Both the position numbers and the translations under genes were made by a program. The notes beneath the pieces were generated by a model, which was given only the letters and a program-made list of their open reading frames with translations, made no database searches and was not told the origin of the DNA. Shown here in pieces: positions 9,191-19,178 of a stretch of 64,000 nucleotides of DNA. The DNA is from Alphaproteobacteria bacterium (GTDB taxonomy: Bacteria; Pseudomonadota; Alphaproteobacteria; Rhodospirillales; Rhodospirillaceae). The stretch spans positions 78,735 to 142,734 of the forward strand of contig JAURPI010000040.1 in NCBI GenBank assembly GCA_030835385.1. The letters are read 5' to 3'. Numbering within the stretch: the stretch's first letter is position 1; the number at the start of each line of letters is the position of its first letter.

Positions 9191-9446
9191 TTATCTTCCC
9201 GCATACGGAGGTTTCTGTGCCTTTGGTAATGCAATGGGGCGCAAATTCGCCGGAGATCCGAATGCCTGGAAGATCTCTGAAGGAAAGCTCTATCTGAATC
9301 TTAACAAAGAAGTTCAGGAGACTTGGTTGGCTGACGTGCCAGGGTTTGTAAAAGGTGCAGACAACAATTAGCCAATCATTCGTAGTGTTGCCGATTCAGA
9401 CCTTGAGGCAGCAGCTCCGGCAGGAATTACACTCGGGGCCCAATAA
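9156..9446 (+). pseudogene. YHS-domain protein family, C-terminal remnant with an in-frame TAG
   Basis: The frame reads ..DPAAYLPAYGGFCAFGNAMGRKFAGDPNAWKISEGKLYLNLNKEVQETWLADVPGFVKGADNN*PIIRS... TAG 9369-9371 sits where related proteins, as I recall them, have W (..NWP..). The N-terminal half, including the signal and YHS motif, is absent. Confidence 0.6.
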
Positions 9447-9567
9447 CCAAAAACCCAGATATATTTGGACCTGAGTTGAGCCCCGGTTGTCTCTCCCCCA
9501 AGGCAACCGGGATCACAAGCATTTATGTTTTCCCTGCAAAGGTATTTAAGCCGGGTTAGACTATCGC

Positions 9568-10272
9568 ATGTGCGCAAAACCCCTGACACCGGACGTCGTG
9601 AGCCGCAACGTTGAGGCGTTTCTCGATACCGCGGAAAAAACGCCGGTGCGCTTCGAAAAGCCGAATGGCCGGCTCATATTTTCTATGGACGCGACAGCGA
9701 GCCGTGGACCTTCGTGGGATATGGCGATGAGCATTCAAGCTGACATGTTTTCGGAAGCATCGACGTTGGGCGGTTTGGAAGTTCAGTTGGTATACTACCG
9801 GGGGTTAGCAGAGTGTCGATCGAGTGGATGGACGCAAGATGCTACTGAACTTGGGCGACTCATGAGCAAGGTTGGTGTGCTGGCCGGTCGAACTCAAATA
9901 GAACGCATCTTGAAACATACTTTAAAGGAAGCCGGACGAGACCCCATTAATGCTCTTGTTTTCATTGGTGACGCAATGGAGGAGAACGTCGATCTTCTTG
10001 CCGACGCTGCGGGCCAGTTGGGGCTCCGAGGCGTGCCGGTATTCATGTTCCATGAAGGCGGCGGTGAACCTGCGGCATCCGCATACAAACATATCGCAAA
10101 GTTATCTGATGGCGCTTACTGTCTGTTTGATACGTCTAGCCCTGGCGCACTTCGGGCCTTGTTAAGGGCCGTCGCAGCTTTTGCTGCCGGAGGCACGCAA
10201 GCCCTGGAAAATTATAGTCGTAAACACGGTGGTCCTGTTCGACAGATTTCTGACCAGATGGCGGGGCGATAA
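9568..10272 (+). CDS. VWA domain-containing protein
   Basis: 234 aa. LIFSMDATASRG is a MIDAS-like DxSxS-type segment. It is paired with the downstream J-domain membrane protein, an arrangement I recall as conserved in Alphaproteobacteria. Confidence 0.7.
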   Translation: MCAKPLTPDVVSRNVEAFLDTAEKTPVRFEKPNGRLIFSMDATASRGPSWDMAMSIQADMFSEASTLGGLEVQLVYYRGLAECRSSGWTQDATELGRLMSKVGVLAGRTQIERILKHTLKEAGRDPINALVFIGDAMEENVDLLADAAGQLGLRGVPVFMFHEGGGEPAASAYKHIAKLSDGAYCLFDTSSPGALRALLRAVAAFAAGGTQALENYSRKHGGPVRQISDQMAGR

Positions 10273-10275
10273 GGC

Positions 10276-11037
10276 ATGTTGCCATCAGTTATTCTTGGAA
10301 TAGGCCTAATTATCGCAGCGATGCTTCTCATGCGGTGGTATGCGAATGCGGACCCTGCTGTACTTAAGCGCGTTCTCAAATGGGCTGTAGTCTTGGTGCT
10401 CGGTCTAGTCGCGCTCTTCTTGGCTTTAACCGGGCGATTAGCCGCTGCATTTGGATTGGTAATGGGTATCGTGGCGTTCGGCTGGCGCTTGTTCAATATG
10501 ATCTCAATGTTCCAGCAAATGCGCGGCATGTTTGGAGGTTTGGGAGGCTTCGGCGGTTTCAATGGAAGTTCTCAGACTTCACCAGGTCAAACGTCCCAAG
10601 TAGAATCAAATTTTTTGCGTATGACCCTGGAGCACGATAGCGGACGGATGGATGGCGAAATATTGAGTGGTGAGTTTCAGGGCCGCGTTCTTTCCGCAGT
10701 GCCCATTGAAGACTTGCTGGTATTTAGAGCCGGCATTCAAAACGATGCCGATTCCGTTGGGCTGTTAGATGCCTATCTCGATCGCTCGCACGTAGGTTGG
10801 CGGGATGACATAAAGGGTGAGAGCAGTGGTCAATCTTACAATGAGGGCGGTGGCTCATCTGGTCCGATGACCCATGCAGAGGCCTATCGGGTTCTTGGTT
10901 TAGCTCCAGATGCAGATCGCAAAGCAATTAAGAATGCGTACCGGCACCTGATGAGCAAAGTGCATCCCGATCGTGGAGGTTCGGCTTACCTCGCAGCTAA
11001 AATAAACGAAGCTAAAGACCTTCTTTTAGGCGATTGA
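10276..11037 (+). CDS. Membrane-anchored J-domain (DnaJ-like) protein
   Basis: N-terminal transmembrane helices, a Gly-rich linker (GGLGGFGGFNG) and a C-terminal J-domain with HPD (YRHLMSKVHPDRGG). Confidence 0.8.
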   Translation: MLPSVILGIGLIIAAMLLMRWYANADPAVLKRVLKWAVVLVLGLVALFLALTGRLAAAFGLVMGIVAFGWRLFNMISMFQQMRGMFGGLGGFGGFNGSSQTSPGQTSQVESNFLRMTLEHDSGRMDGEILSGEFQGRVLSAVPIEDLLVFRAGIQNDADSVGLLDAYLDRSHVGWRDDIKGESSGQSYNEGGGSSGPMTHAEAYRVLGLAPDADRKAIKNAYRHLMSKVHPDRGGSAYLAAKINEAKDLLLGD

Positions 11038-11161
11038 ACGCCTCCAGCGTAACGGTGTTGCCACGTCGGGCTACGCATGGCACAAAGCGATCAACGACAG
11101 CCTTCTTGAGGCGGCAGAAATCTGACATTTTTTCAATAAAGTGTCATAAGGGGGCACGAGT

Positions 11162-12034
11162 ATGGCGAGACGGGTGCGAAAAGCGATATTTCCAGTCGCC
11201 GGTCTCGGAACTCGGTTTCTACCGGCCACTAAAGTCATGGCCAAAGAAATGCTTCCCATCGTCGACAAACCTCTCATTCAATACGCGGTTGAAGAAGCGG
11301 CGGCAGCGGGAATTGAGTATTTCATTTTTGTGACGGGGCGGGGCAAGTCAATTCTGGTCGATCACTTTGACCATGCGCCTGAGTTAGAGATGTTGCTGGG
11401 GCGACGGGGTAAGGAACAGGAATTGGAGTCTTTGTTCGAGGCGATGCCCGACCCAGGGAAGGTGTTTTCGGTACGCCAACAGGTCCCTCTTGGGCTAGGG
11501 CATGCGGTGTGGTGCGCACGCGAATTTATCGGCGAGGAACCGTTTGCTGTGTTGTTGCCTGACGAGCTCTTGATGTCAGACGTTCCTGGTTTGAAACAAC
11601 TCATGAACGTGCATGCCGACGTTGGCGGAAATTTGATATCTATCACCGAAGTGCTGCCTGAACATACTAACCGTTACGGTATTCTGAATGTGGAAACCGA
11701 TGACGGAAAGGTAGCCAAAGCTATGGGTATGATTGAGAAGCCTAGTCTGGAAGACGCGCCTTCTCGTTTGGCAAATATTGGCCGGTATGTTTTGGACCCC
11801 GCAATATTTACTCATCTCGACAAACATTTAACGGGATCTGGCGGTGAGATTCAGCTGACCGATGCCATTGATGCAACGACAGACTCGCTTCCGTTTCACG
11901 GAGTGCGGTTCGATGGTGAGCGGTTTGACTGTGGAGATAAAATTGGGTTCATTACTGCTAATATCGCATTTGCGCTTAAGCGCCCTGAGATGTCTGATCA
12001 AGTACGCGCTGCCGTCGCGAAACTTATCGCCTAA
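11162..12034 (+). CDS. galU: UTP--glucose-1-phosphate uridylyltransferase
   Basis: FPVAGLGTRFLPATKVMAKEMLPIVDKPLIQY is the canonical GalU N-terminus. Confidence 0.92.
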   Translation: MARRVRKAIFPVAGLGTRFLPATKVMAKEMLPIVDKPLIQYAVEEAAAAGIEYFIFVTGRGKSILVDHFDHAPELEMLLGRRGKEQELESLFEAMPDPGKVFSVRQQVPLGLGHAVWCAREFIGEEPFAVLLPDELLMSDVPGLKQLMNVHADVGGNLISITEVLPEHTNRYGILNVETDDGKVAKAMGMIEKPSLEDAPSRLANIGRYVLDPAIFTHLDKHLTGSGGEIQLTDAIDATTDSLPFHGVRFDGERFDCGDKIGFITANIAFALKRPEMSDQVRAAVAKLIA

Positions 12035-12061
12035 AAGTTCTAAACAAGGATTATCGCAGGT

Positions 12062-13387
12062 ATGCGGATCGCAATGATCGGAACCGGCTATGTCGGCTTA
12101 GTCTCAGGAGCTTGCTTCTCGGAATTCGGTGTCAATGTGACCTGTGTCGACAAGGATGCAGAAAAGGTCACTCGTCTTCAAAGCGGCGAAATACCGATAT
12201 TTGAGCCTGGCTTAGAGAATCTTGTTAAAACAAACAAGGCTGCGGGTCGGTTAACATTCTCTACTGATCTTAAGGCTGCGGTTAAGCAGGCGGATGCCGT
12301 ATTTATTGCGGTTGGCACACCAAGCCGTCGAGGAGACGGTCACGCTGATCTGTCATTTGTCTATGCAGCGGCGGAGGAAATTGCCCAAGCCCTTGAGCAC
12401 TATACAGTGATCGTAACTAAGTCGACGGTGCCAGTTGGCACGGGTCGCGAGGTGGAGCGCGTAATTAAGAAGGCTAGGCCTGACGCGGACTTTGATGTTG
12501 TGTCTAACCCTGAATTCCTCCGTGAAGGGTCTGCGATTAATGATTTCATGAGGCCAGACCGAGTGGTTATTGGTGCAGAGACTGAGCGTGCCAAAGAAGT
12601 GATGCGACAACTCTATCGAGTTTTGTATTTGATAGAGACGCCAATTCTTTTCACTGCTATCGAAACATCCGAGTTGATCAAATACGCCGCCAATACGTTT
12701 CTTGCCACTAAGATTAGCTTCATCAACGAAATTGCTGATCTGTGCGAACGGGTAGGTGCAGATGTTCATGACGTGGCGAAAGGGATTGGGCTCGACGGCC
12801 GCATCGGTAGAAAATTCCTCCATGCGGGACCAGGATACGGCGGATCTTGCTTTCCTAAGGATGCACTCGCTTTGGTTAAGACGGCCCAACAGTATGAATC
12901 TCCGTTGCGCATCATAGAAGCCGTCGTCGATGTAAACGACAAACGTAAAACAGCGATGGCAAACCGAATTATTGAGGTATTCGGCGGTTCGGTCAAAGGA
13001 AAGACCATTGCCATTCTGGGTTTGACCTTTAAGCCAAACACCGATGACATGAGGGATAGTCCGTCGCTTTCAATTGTTGCCGCCTTACTTGAAGCTGGCG
13101 CCCAGGTCCAAGCCTACGACCCGGAAGGCATGGATGAGGCAAAGATGTTGATGCCTGATGTTACGTATTGCTCCGATGCCTATGCAGCAATGGACGGGGC
13201 GGATGCCTTAACTGTAGTCACCGAGTGGAATGAATTCCGAAGCCTCGATTTAGAACGCGTTAAGAAAGCACTTTCTGCACCAATACTTGTCGACCTCCGG
13301 AACATTTATTCACCAGATGATATGCGACAGGCCGGATTTGAATATTACTGTGTCGGAAGACCCACAGTGACCCAGGATACTTCTTGA
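12062..13387 (+). CDS. ugd: UDP-glucose 6-dehydrogenase
   Basis: MIGTGYVGLVSGACF Rossmann motif and GGSCFPKD with the catalytic Cys. Confidence 0.92.
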   Translation: MRIAMIGTGYVGLVSGACFSEFGVNVTCVDKDAEKVTRLQSGEIPIFEPGLENLVKTNKAAGRLTFSTDLKAAVKQADAVFIAVGTPSRRGDGHADLSFVYAAAEEIAQALEHYTVIVTKSTVPVGTGREVERVIKKARPDADFDVVSNPEFLREGSAINDFMRPDRVVIGAETERAKEVMRQLYRVLYLIETPILFTAIETSELIKYAANTFLATKISFINEIADLCERVGADVHDVAKGIGLDGRIGRKFLHAGPGYGGSCFPKDALALVKTAQQYESPLRIIEAVVDVNDKRKTAMANRIIEVFGGSVKGKTIAILGLTFKPNTDDMRDSPSLSIVAALLEAGAQVQAYDPEGMDEAKMLMPDVTYCSDAYAAMDGADALTVVTEWNEFRSLDLERVKKALSAPILVDLRNIYSPDDMRQAGFEYYCVGRPTVTQDTS

Positions 13388-14766
13388 TGGCAACAGGACA
13401 TAATTTTCATTCATTGATTTTGCGCGAGTATGACATCCGCGGCATCGTCGGAGACACGTTACATGAATCAGATGCCCAAGCACTCGGGCAGGCATTTGGA
13501 TCTCTCGTGCGGTCCGATGGCGGCAGCCTGGTTTGTGTCGGATATGATGGGCGACAAAGTTCTCCTGCTATGGAAGCAGCTCTCGTCGATGGCCTCCAGT
13601 CGACCGGTGTATCCGTTGAACGCGTAGGGCTGGGCCCAAGTCCCATGCTGTATTTTGCTGCCACAGACAGTGGTGCAGACGCTGGCATAATGGTTACAGG
13701 GTCCCACAATCCGCCAACGCACAATGGCTTCAAGATGATGCTGGGGCGCAAACCTTTTTTTGGCGATGCCATAAAGAACCTTGGCGTCCAGGCCGCGTCT
13801 GGCGAGTTCGCAACGGGCAAAGGGTCGGTGTCCGATAAGCCGGCTTTTGAGAATTATGTCGCCCGCGTTCTTTCAGATTTCAAAGGTGACAAAGAGTTGT
13901 CTGTGGTTTGGGATCCTGGAAACGGCGCGGCAGGTGAAGCCGTTACTGCGGCAGTTAAAGGTTTGCCAGGGCGGCACTTGGTGATCAACGGTGAAATTGA
14001 TGGCACGTTTCCCAATCATCATCCGGATCCAACAATCCCAGAGAATTTGGAACAGTTGAAAGCAGCGGTCGCTGCCGAGAATGCCGATGTTGGTTTTGCG
14101 TTCGATGGCGATGGCGACCGGATTGGGATTATTGACGGCAACGGCAATATTTTGTGGGGTGATCAAATTCTGGTCATTCTAGGAGAGGCCGTTCTTGCTG
14201 AACGCCCAGGCGCTCCAATCATTGCCGATGTAAAGGCAAGCCAGGTTCTATTTGATGAGATTGCCCGGATGGGTGGACAGCCTGTAATGGCAAAGACCGG
14301 TCACTCTCTTATCAAGTCTAAAATGAACGAGTTGAATGCGCCGTTAGCAGGAGAGATGAGTGGTCACATCTTTTTTGCGGATCACTACTACGGGTTTGAC
14401 GACGCGCTCTATGCCGCCATTCGGTTTCTTTCAATTCTCTGTCAACAGGACGAAAGCTTGGCAGATCGATATGTCCGTATTCCAAAGGCCGTGAATACAC
14501 CAGAACTGAGGTTCTCTTGCCCTGATGATAGAAAATTTGCGGTTATCGAAGAGGTTAAGGAGCGCTTGACTGAATCAGGCGCTGATGTGAACAACGTCGA
14601 TGGTGTGAGGGTCAAGCAAGATGGCGGATGGTGGCTCTTACGGGCGTCTAACACTCAGGCTGTGTTGGTGGCGCGATGTGAAGCTGACAGTGAAACGTCT
14701 CTTGCCGCACTTAAGAGTGCGCTTTCTGAACAATTGAGTGCGAGCGGCGTTGCTTTGCCGGAATGA
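13387..14766 (+). CDS. Phosphomannomutase / phosphoglucomutase
   Basis: TGSHNPP phosphoserine loop, FDGDGDR metal loop and GEMSGH sugar loop. The ATG at 13387 overlaps the ugd stop (TGATG). Confidence 0.9.
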   Translation: MATGHNFHSLILREYDIRGIVGDTLHESDAQALGQAFGSLVRSDGGSLVCVGYDGRQSSPAMEAALVDGLQSTGVSVERVGLGPSPMLYFAATDSGADAGIMVTGSHNPPTHNGFKMMLGRKPFFGDAIKNLGVQAASGEFATGKGSVSDKPAFENYVARVLSDFKGDKELSVVWDPGNGAAGEAVTAAVKGLPGRHLVINGEIDGTFPNHHPDPTIPENLEQLKAAVAAENADVGFAFDGDGDRIGIIDGNGNILWGDQILVILGEAVLAERPGAPIIADVKASQVLFDEIARMGGQPVMAKTGHSLIKSKMNELNAPLAGEMSGHIFFADHYYGFDDALYAAIRFLSILCQQDESLADRYVRIPKAVNTPELRFSCPDDRKFAVIEEVKERLTESGADVNNVDGVRVKQDGGWWLLRASNTQAVLVARCEADSETSLAALKSALSEQLSASGVALPE

Positions 14767-14776
14767 ATATTGGCGG

Positions 14777-15991
14777 TCAGCCAGACGTACTGGCCCTGAC
14801 CGCACTTGCAAACTCGGGTGCTACGATCAAGCATTGATGTGGCGCACGCTCCATGAGTTGGCACGCTTTCCGTGTATCGGCTTCTGTTAATCCCATAATC
14901 TGAGCGCGATAGAGTTGCTTGCCGCTTACGATAACCGGCTCTATCCGACCGAAAGCAGCCGCGTACATTTTTTTAACAACGGCAGCGGCCTCATTGGCTT
15001 TTTGTTGCGCTATGTCACTGATTGAATAGGCACCTATCTGAATACCCCATGCTTCGGCACGCAGAATTTCGGGATCTGGTTTGCCCCGTGGTTTAATCGT
15101 AATGCCAGCAGGGACTAACGAACCATCTGCTTCTACCATCATAAGAGGTTTGCGCGCGGGGTAAGGGGGGCGTCCATATTCCGCTGCTTCAACAAAACCT
15201 TTGTCCATTAAAGTCGCTAAGTGTCGATCTCGTTGTTTAGCGGATTTACCACCGAAGACCACGCCGATAAGTCGTGTGTCGTCTCGTTTGGCAGAGGCCG
15301 CTAAATTGTATCCGGATGCTCTTATGTATCCCGTTTTGAGGCCGTCAGCCCCCGCGTAGCGAGACATGAACTTATTGTGTCCGCGAAATGTCTTGCCCGC
15401 GTAAGTAAACTTTGTCCGTGCAAAATAACTGTAAAACTGGGGGAAGTCGTTCATCAGACGCTGAGCAAGTATTGCCATATCGCGTGCTGTCGAAAGTTGC
15501 CCACGATTAGGCAAGCCAGAAGCGTTGCGGAAATTGGTGCGTGTCATGCCCAATTCCTTAGCTTTCTTGGTCATTTGTTTAGCAAACGTGCGCTCGGTTT
15601 TACCGAAGTGCTCAGCTACCACCACCGCAACATCGTTGGCAGACCGCACGACCAGGCCAAGAATTGCATCTTCCGCCGTCATATAACTGCCTGGATCAAG
15701 CCACATCTTAGAGCTGGGCTGACGGGAGGCGCGAGCTGACACTTTCATCTTCGATTTCAGGTTCATGTCGCCCTGTTCAATGGCTTCGAACAGTATGTAT
15801 AGGGTCATCATTTTTGTCAGTGAGGCGGGGTAATTGCGCGTATCAGCGTTCACCTCATGATAGACACGGCCCGTTTCTGCATCGATTACGACCGAGGCAT
15901 ACTTGGCCATTATCGGCCAGGCGGATGTAATAATTAGGAGAAAAGCTGTCCCCGCGATCTTGAGACCACGCAGAAATCCGATATTACGCAC
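14777..15991 (-). CDS. D-alanyl-D-alanine carboxypeptidase (PBP5/6 class) with a C-terminal SPOR domain
   Basis: SLTK (SxxK), SAN (SxN) and KTGY (KTG) motifs. The C-terminal roughly 80 aa (WGIQIGAYS...LYRAQIMGL) look like a SPOR domain. GTG start. Confidence 0.85.
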   Translation of the reverse strand: MRNIGFLRGLKIAGTAFLLIITSAWPIMAKYASVVIDAETGRVYHEVNADTRNYPASLTKMMTLYILFEAIEQGDMNLKSKMKVSARASRQPSSKMWLDPGSYMTAEDAILGLVVRSANDVAVVVAEHFGKTERTFAKQMTKKAKELGMTRTNFRNASGLPNRGQLSTARDMAILAQRLMNDFPQFYSYFARTKFTYAGKTFRGHNKFMSRYAGADGLKTGYIRASGYNLAASAKRDDTRLIGVVFGGKSAKQRDRHLATLMDKGFVEAAEYGRPPYPARKPLMMVEADGSLVPAGITIKPRGKPDPEILRAEAWGIQIGAYSISDIAQQKANEAAAVVKKMYAAAFGRIEPVIVSGKQLYRAQIMGLTEADTRKACQLMERAPHQCLIVAPEFASAVRASTSG

Positions 15992-16271
15992 AGGTTTTCC
16001 CTACCGAATTGCCCCAGAGTCGTTGCTGAGGCGCCCCATTTGCCCAGAATCGTACGTGTGAGACCGAGCGCTGTCCAGTCATCTCTTTGATTCACAAGGT
16101 AAATTAGGGGTTGTTAACATTCCGTTTGCGGAATCAGTGCAACGAATCTGTGTCTCGACAGAAGAGGGGTCTGGCCGGCCGTTACGCAACTCTTTGGATG
16201 TGTAGGCCTTTTTTTGCCGACGCTCCGACACCATATTTGATAAGATTGCTAGCATAATACCGATAAGGACT

Positions 16272-16652
16272 ATGACTATTCTCGACCCAATAGACCGTAT
16301 ACCGCCAGCGATTGCTGCTGGTAGTGATGACGATAAAGACGATGGTGGCGATGGAGGCCCTGACACGGGTGTGGTTATTAAAACCCGCCCTAAGGTCAAA
16401 AAGCCGTCGATGTATAAGGTCTTGATGTTAAACGATGATTACACGCCGATGGAATTTGTCGTGCATGTGTTGGAACGGGTCTTTGGCAAGAACGGCGATG
16501 ATGCCACACGTATTATGCTGCACGTTCATCAAAAAGGTGTCGGCGTATGTGGCGTGTACACCTATGAGGTTGCAGAAACAAAAGTGACCCAAACTATGGA
16601 TATGGCCCGTAAAAATCAGCATCCACTGCAATGCACCCTTGAGAAAGAATAG
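16272..16652 (+). CDS. clpS: ATP-dependent Clp protease adaptor ClpS
   Basis: [25 protein letters not shown] is the canonical ClpS core. It lies directly upstream of clpA. Confidence 0.93.
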   Translation: MTILDPIDRIPPAIAAGSDDDKDDGGDGGPDTGVVIKTRPKVKKPSMYKVLMLNDDYTPMEFVVHVLERVFGKNGDDATRIMLHVHQKGVGVCGVYTYEVAETKVTQTMDMARKNQHPLQCTLEKE

Positions 16653-16706
16653 CGAACCGAACACCTGGTTACGTTCGTTTAACTCAGCAAAAGGTACCGT
16701 TTCCGA

Positions 16707-19043
16707 ATGTTGTCACAGAACTTAGAAAAAACATTACATAACGCACTCGCGCTGGCGGCTGAGAGGGATCACGAGTACGCCACTCTTGAGCACCTGCTGC
16801 TGGCACTGTGTGATGACCAGGATGCTGTTTCTGTTATGGGGGCCTGTAACGTAGACTTAGATCAACTGACCCAAGTGCTCACCGGTTTCGTCGATGAAGA
16901 TTTAGAAGAACTCGTTTCATCCGAAGAGGACGATCCAAAACCTACTGCTGGTTTTCAGCGGGTGGTGCAACGCGCGGCTATCCATGTTCAGTCTGCAAAT
17001 CGGGAAGAGGTTACCGGCGCAAACGTCTTAGTGGCTCTGTTCTCTGAGCGTGAGAGTCATGCGGTCTATTTTCTCCAAACCCAAGATATGACCCGACTTG
17101 ATGCCGTTAACTATATCTCTCACGGTATTTCGAAGCGTCCCGGTGAAGCGCGTGCGCGGCCAGTGCATGGCGCTGAGGGTGAGGGGGCATCGGGCGAAGA
17201 AGAGACTGCCACTGGCCAAGAAGCTTTGTCGGCGTATTGCGTTAATCTCAACGAAAAGGCTGACGACGGGAAGATCGATCCGTTGATCGGGCGTGATCTC
17301 GAGATAGAACGAACGATTCAAATTCTGTGTCGCCGAAACAAAAACAACCCATTGTATGTAGGAGATTCTGGGGTCGGGAAAACGGCGTTGGCGGAAGGGT
17401 TGGCCCGGCGCATCGTGAACAAGGAAGTCCCTAAAGTCCTAGAAGATGTGACAATCTACTCCCTCGATATGGGATCGTTGTTGGCCGGAACGCGCTATCG
17501 CGGTGATTTTGAAGAGCGCCTGAAAGCTGTCGTTGCTGAATTAGAACAGACAGATGGGGCGGTCCTGTTTATCGATGAGATTCATACCGTCATTGGAGCA
17601 GGGGCGACATCTGGTGGCGCCATGGATGCGTCAAATCTGATGAAGCCTGCATTAGCGGCTGGGTCGCTTCGCTGCATGGGCTCGACCACATACAAGGAAT
17701 TTCGCAGTCATTTTGAAAAAGACCGTGCGCTTGTCCGCCGCTTCCAGAAAATTGATGTTGTTGAGCCGAGCATTGATGACACGATCAAGATTCTCAAAGG
17801 GCTTAAGCCTTACTACGAGGAGCATCATCACGTTCGTTATACGGCGGATGCAATTCGCACCGCTGTAGAGCTTGCGGCAAAATATATGAACGACCGCAAG
17901 TTGCCCGACAAGGCAATTGACGTCATAGATGAAACAGGCGCGGCCCAAATGCTGGTGCCAGAGAGCAAGCGGCGCAAAACGATTTCAGTGAAAGAAGTAG
18001 AGGCCGTTGTCGCCAAAATGGCTCGCATACCGCCGAAGTCTGTTTCCCGGGATGACAAAAAAGCGCTGCAGAACCTTGAGCGTGATCTCAAGACCATGGT
18101 GTTTGGCCAAGATGACGCTATCAGCGCGCTATCCGGTGCGATCAAGCTGTCTCGTGCGGGGTTGCGTGAACCTGAAAAGCCCATTGGAAGTTACCTTTTC
18201 TCTGGACCAACGGGTGTAGGGAAGACGGAGGTCGCGCGCCAATTGGCTGCGAGCCTCGGTATCGAACTTCATCGGTTCGATATGTCTGAATATATGGAGC
18301 GACACTCAGTTTCGCGCTTGATTGGCGCACCGCCAGGGTACGTTGGGTTTGACCAAGGCGGATTGCTAACAGATGCTGTTGATCAACACCCACACAGTGT
18401 GCTGTTGCTCGACGAAATCGAGAAAGCTCACCCAGATCTATTCAATATCCTGCTCCAGGTTATGGATCACGGAAAGCTGACCGACCACAACGGTAAGAGC
18501 ATCGATTTCCGCAATACGATTTTGATTATGACGACCAACGCAGGCGCGTCGGAACTGGCAAAGAATGCCATCGGTTTTGAACGCGAGAGCCGTGAGGGAG
18601 AAGATAAAGAAGCGATTGAACGGATGTTCACGCCTGAATTCCGCAATCGGTTGGACGCTATAATCCCGTTCGCCTCTCTGCTGCCAGAGGTGGTTGGCAA
18701 GGTTGTTGAAAAGTTTGTCATGCAGTTGGAAGCGCAGCTCTCTGATAGAAACGTGTCCATAGAGCTGACGTCTGCGGCTCGGAATTATCTCGCGAGCAAA
18801 GGCTATGACAAAACAATGGGCGCGCGTCCGCTTAGCCGTTTGATCCAGAACGAAATCAAAAAGCCACTCGCAGAAGAGTTGCTTTTCGGGAAGCTTGTGG
18901 CGGGCGGATTGGTGAAAGTTGGTGTTAAGGATCGCAAACTCACCTTCGATCACGAAGCCGCGGCTAAACCGGTTAAGCCAAAACAAAAGAAGAAAAAGAG
19001 ACCTTCAGGCGGAACTTCAAAAATTCCGGCCACAGTGAAGTAA
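16707..19043 (+). CDS. clpA: ATP-dependent Clp protease ATP-binding subunit ClpA
   Basis: Two AAA+ modules (GDSGVGKT and GPTGVGKT Walker A motifs) and a Clp N-domain repeat. Confidence 0.95.
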   Translation: MLSQNLEKTLHNALALAAERDHEYATLEHLLLALCDDQDAVSVMGACNVDLDQLTQVLTGFVDEDLEELVSSEEDDPKPTAGFQRVVQRAAIHVQSANREEVTGANVLVALFSERESHAVYFLQTQDMTRLDAVNYISHGISKRPGEARARPVHGAEGEGASGEEETATGQEALSAYCVNLNEKADDGKIDPLIGRDLEIERTIQILCRRNKNNPLYVGDSGVGKTALAEGLARRIVNKEVPKVLEDVTIYSLDMGSLLAGTRYRGDFEERLKAVVAELEQTDGAVLFIDEIHTVIGAGATSGGAMDASNLMKPALAAGSLRCMGSTTYKEFRSHFEKDRALVRRFQKIDVVEPSIDDTIKILKGLKPYYEEHHHVRYTADAIRTAVELAAKYMNDRKLPDKAIDVIDETGAAQMLVPESKRRKTISVKEVEAVVAKMARIPPKSVSRDDKKALQNLERDLKTMVFGQDDAISALSGAIKLSRAGLREPEKPIGSYLFSGPTGVGKTEVARQLAASLGIELHRFDMSEYMERHSVSRLIGAPPGYVGFDQGGLLTDAVDQHPHSVLLLDEIEKAHPDLFNILLQVMDHGKLTDHNGKSIDFRNTILIMTTNAGASELAKNAIGFERESREGEDKEAIERMFTPEFRNRLDAIIPFASLLPEVVGKVVEKFVMQLEAQLSDRNVSIELTSAARNYLASKGYDKTMGARPLSRLIQNEIKKPLAEELLFGKLVAGGLVKVGVKDRKLTFDHEAAAKPVKPKQKKKKRPSGGTSKIPATVK

Positions 19044-19061
19044 GCTGATTTGAGAATAAAG

Positions 19062-19148
19062 AAAAACCCCCGGCCAATTGCCGGGGGGTATAGTTATATC
19101 CTAGAATAAATAAAACGGCCTCTCCATATTAGGTGAGGCCGTTTTTTC
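19062..19148. repeat. Left copy of an inverted two-hairpin terminator module (IR-L)
   Basis: Hairpin 1 is cccccggc/caatt/gccggggg (19067-19087). Hairpin 2 is aaaacggcctc/12 nt/gaggccgtttt (19112-19145). The reverse complement of 21566-21657 aligns by hand across both hairpins and the non-palindromic AT-rich spacer. Confidence 0.8.
19112..19147 (+). terminator. Rho-independent (bidirectional) terminator downstream of clpA
   Basis: An 11-bp stem including A/U pairs, followed by TTTTTT (19142-19147) and preceded by an A-tract. Confidence 0.7.
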
Positions 19149-19178
19149 TATGACAGATATTGCCTCGACCGTTCTAAT

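Noticed and set aside
9028-9234. Track ORF (68 aa, minus strand) spanning the CGNR remnant
   Set aside because: It is in a different frame from the recognisable CGNR zinc-finger sequence. It is a by-product ORF across a pseudogene junction, with no recognisable features.
16079-16399. 106-aa minus-strand ORF overlapping the clpS start
   Set aside because: It overlaps the conserved clpS coding region in antisense and extends into the promoter region. It has no Shine-Dalgarno sequence and no recognisable domain.
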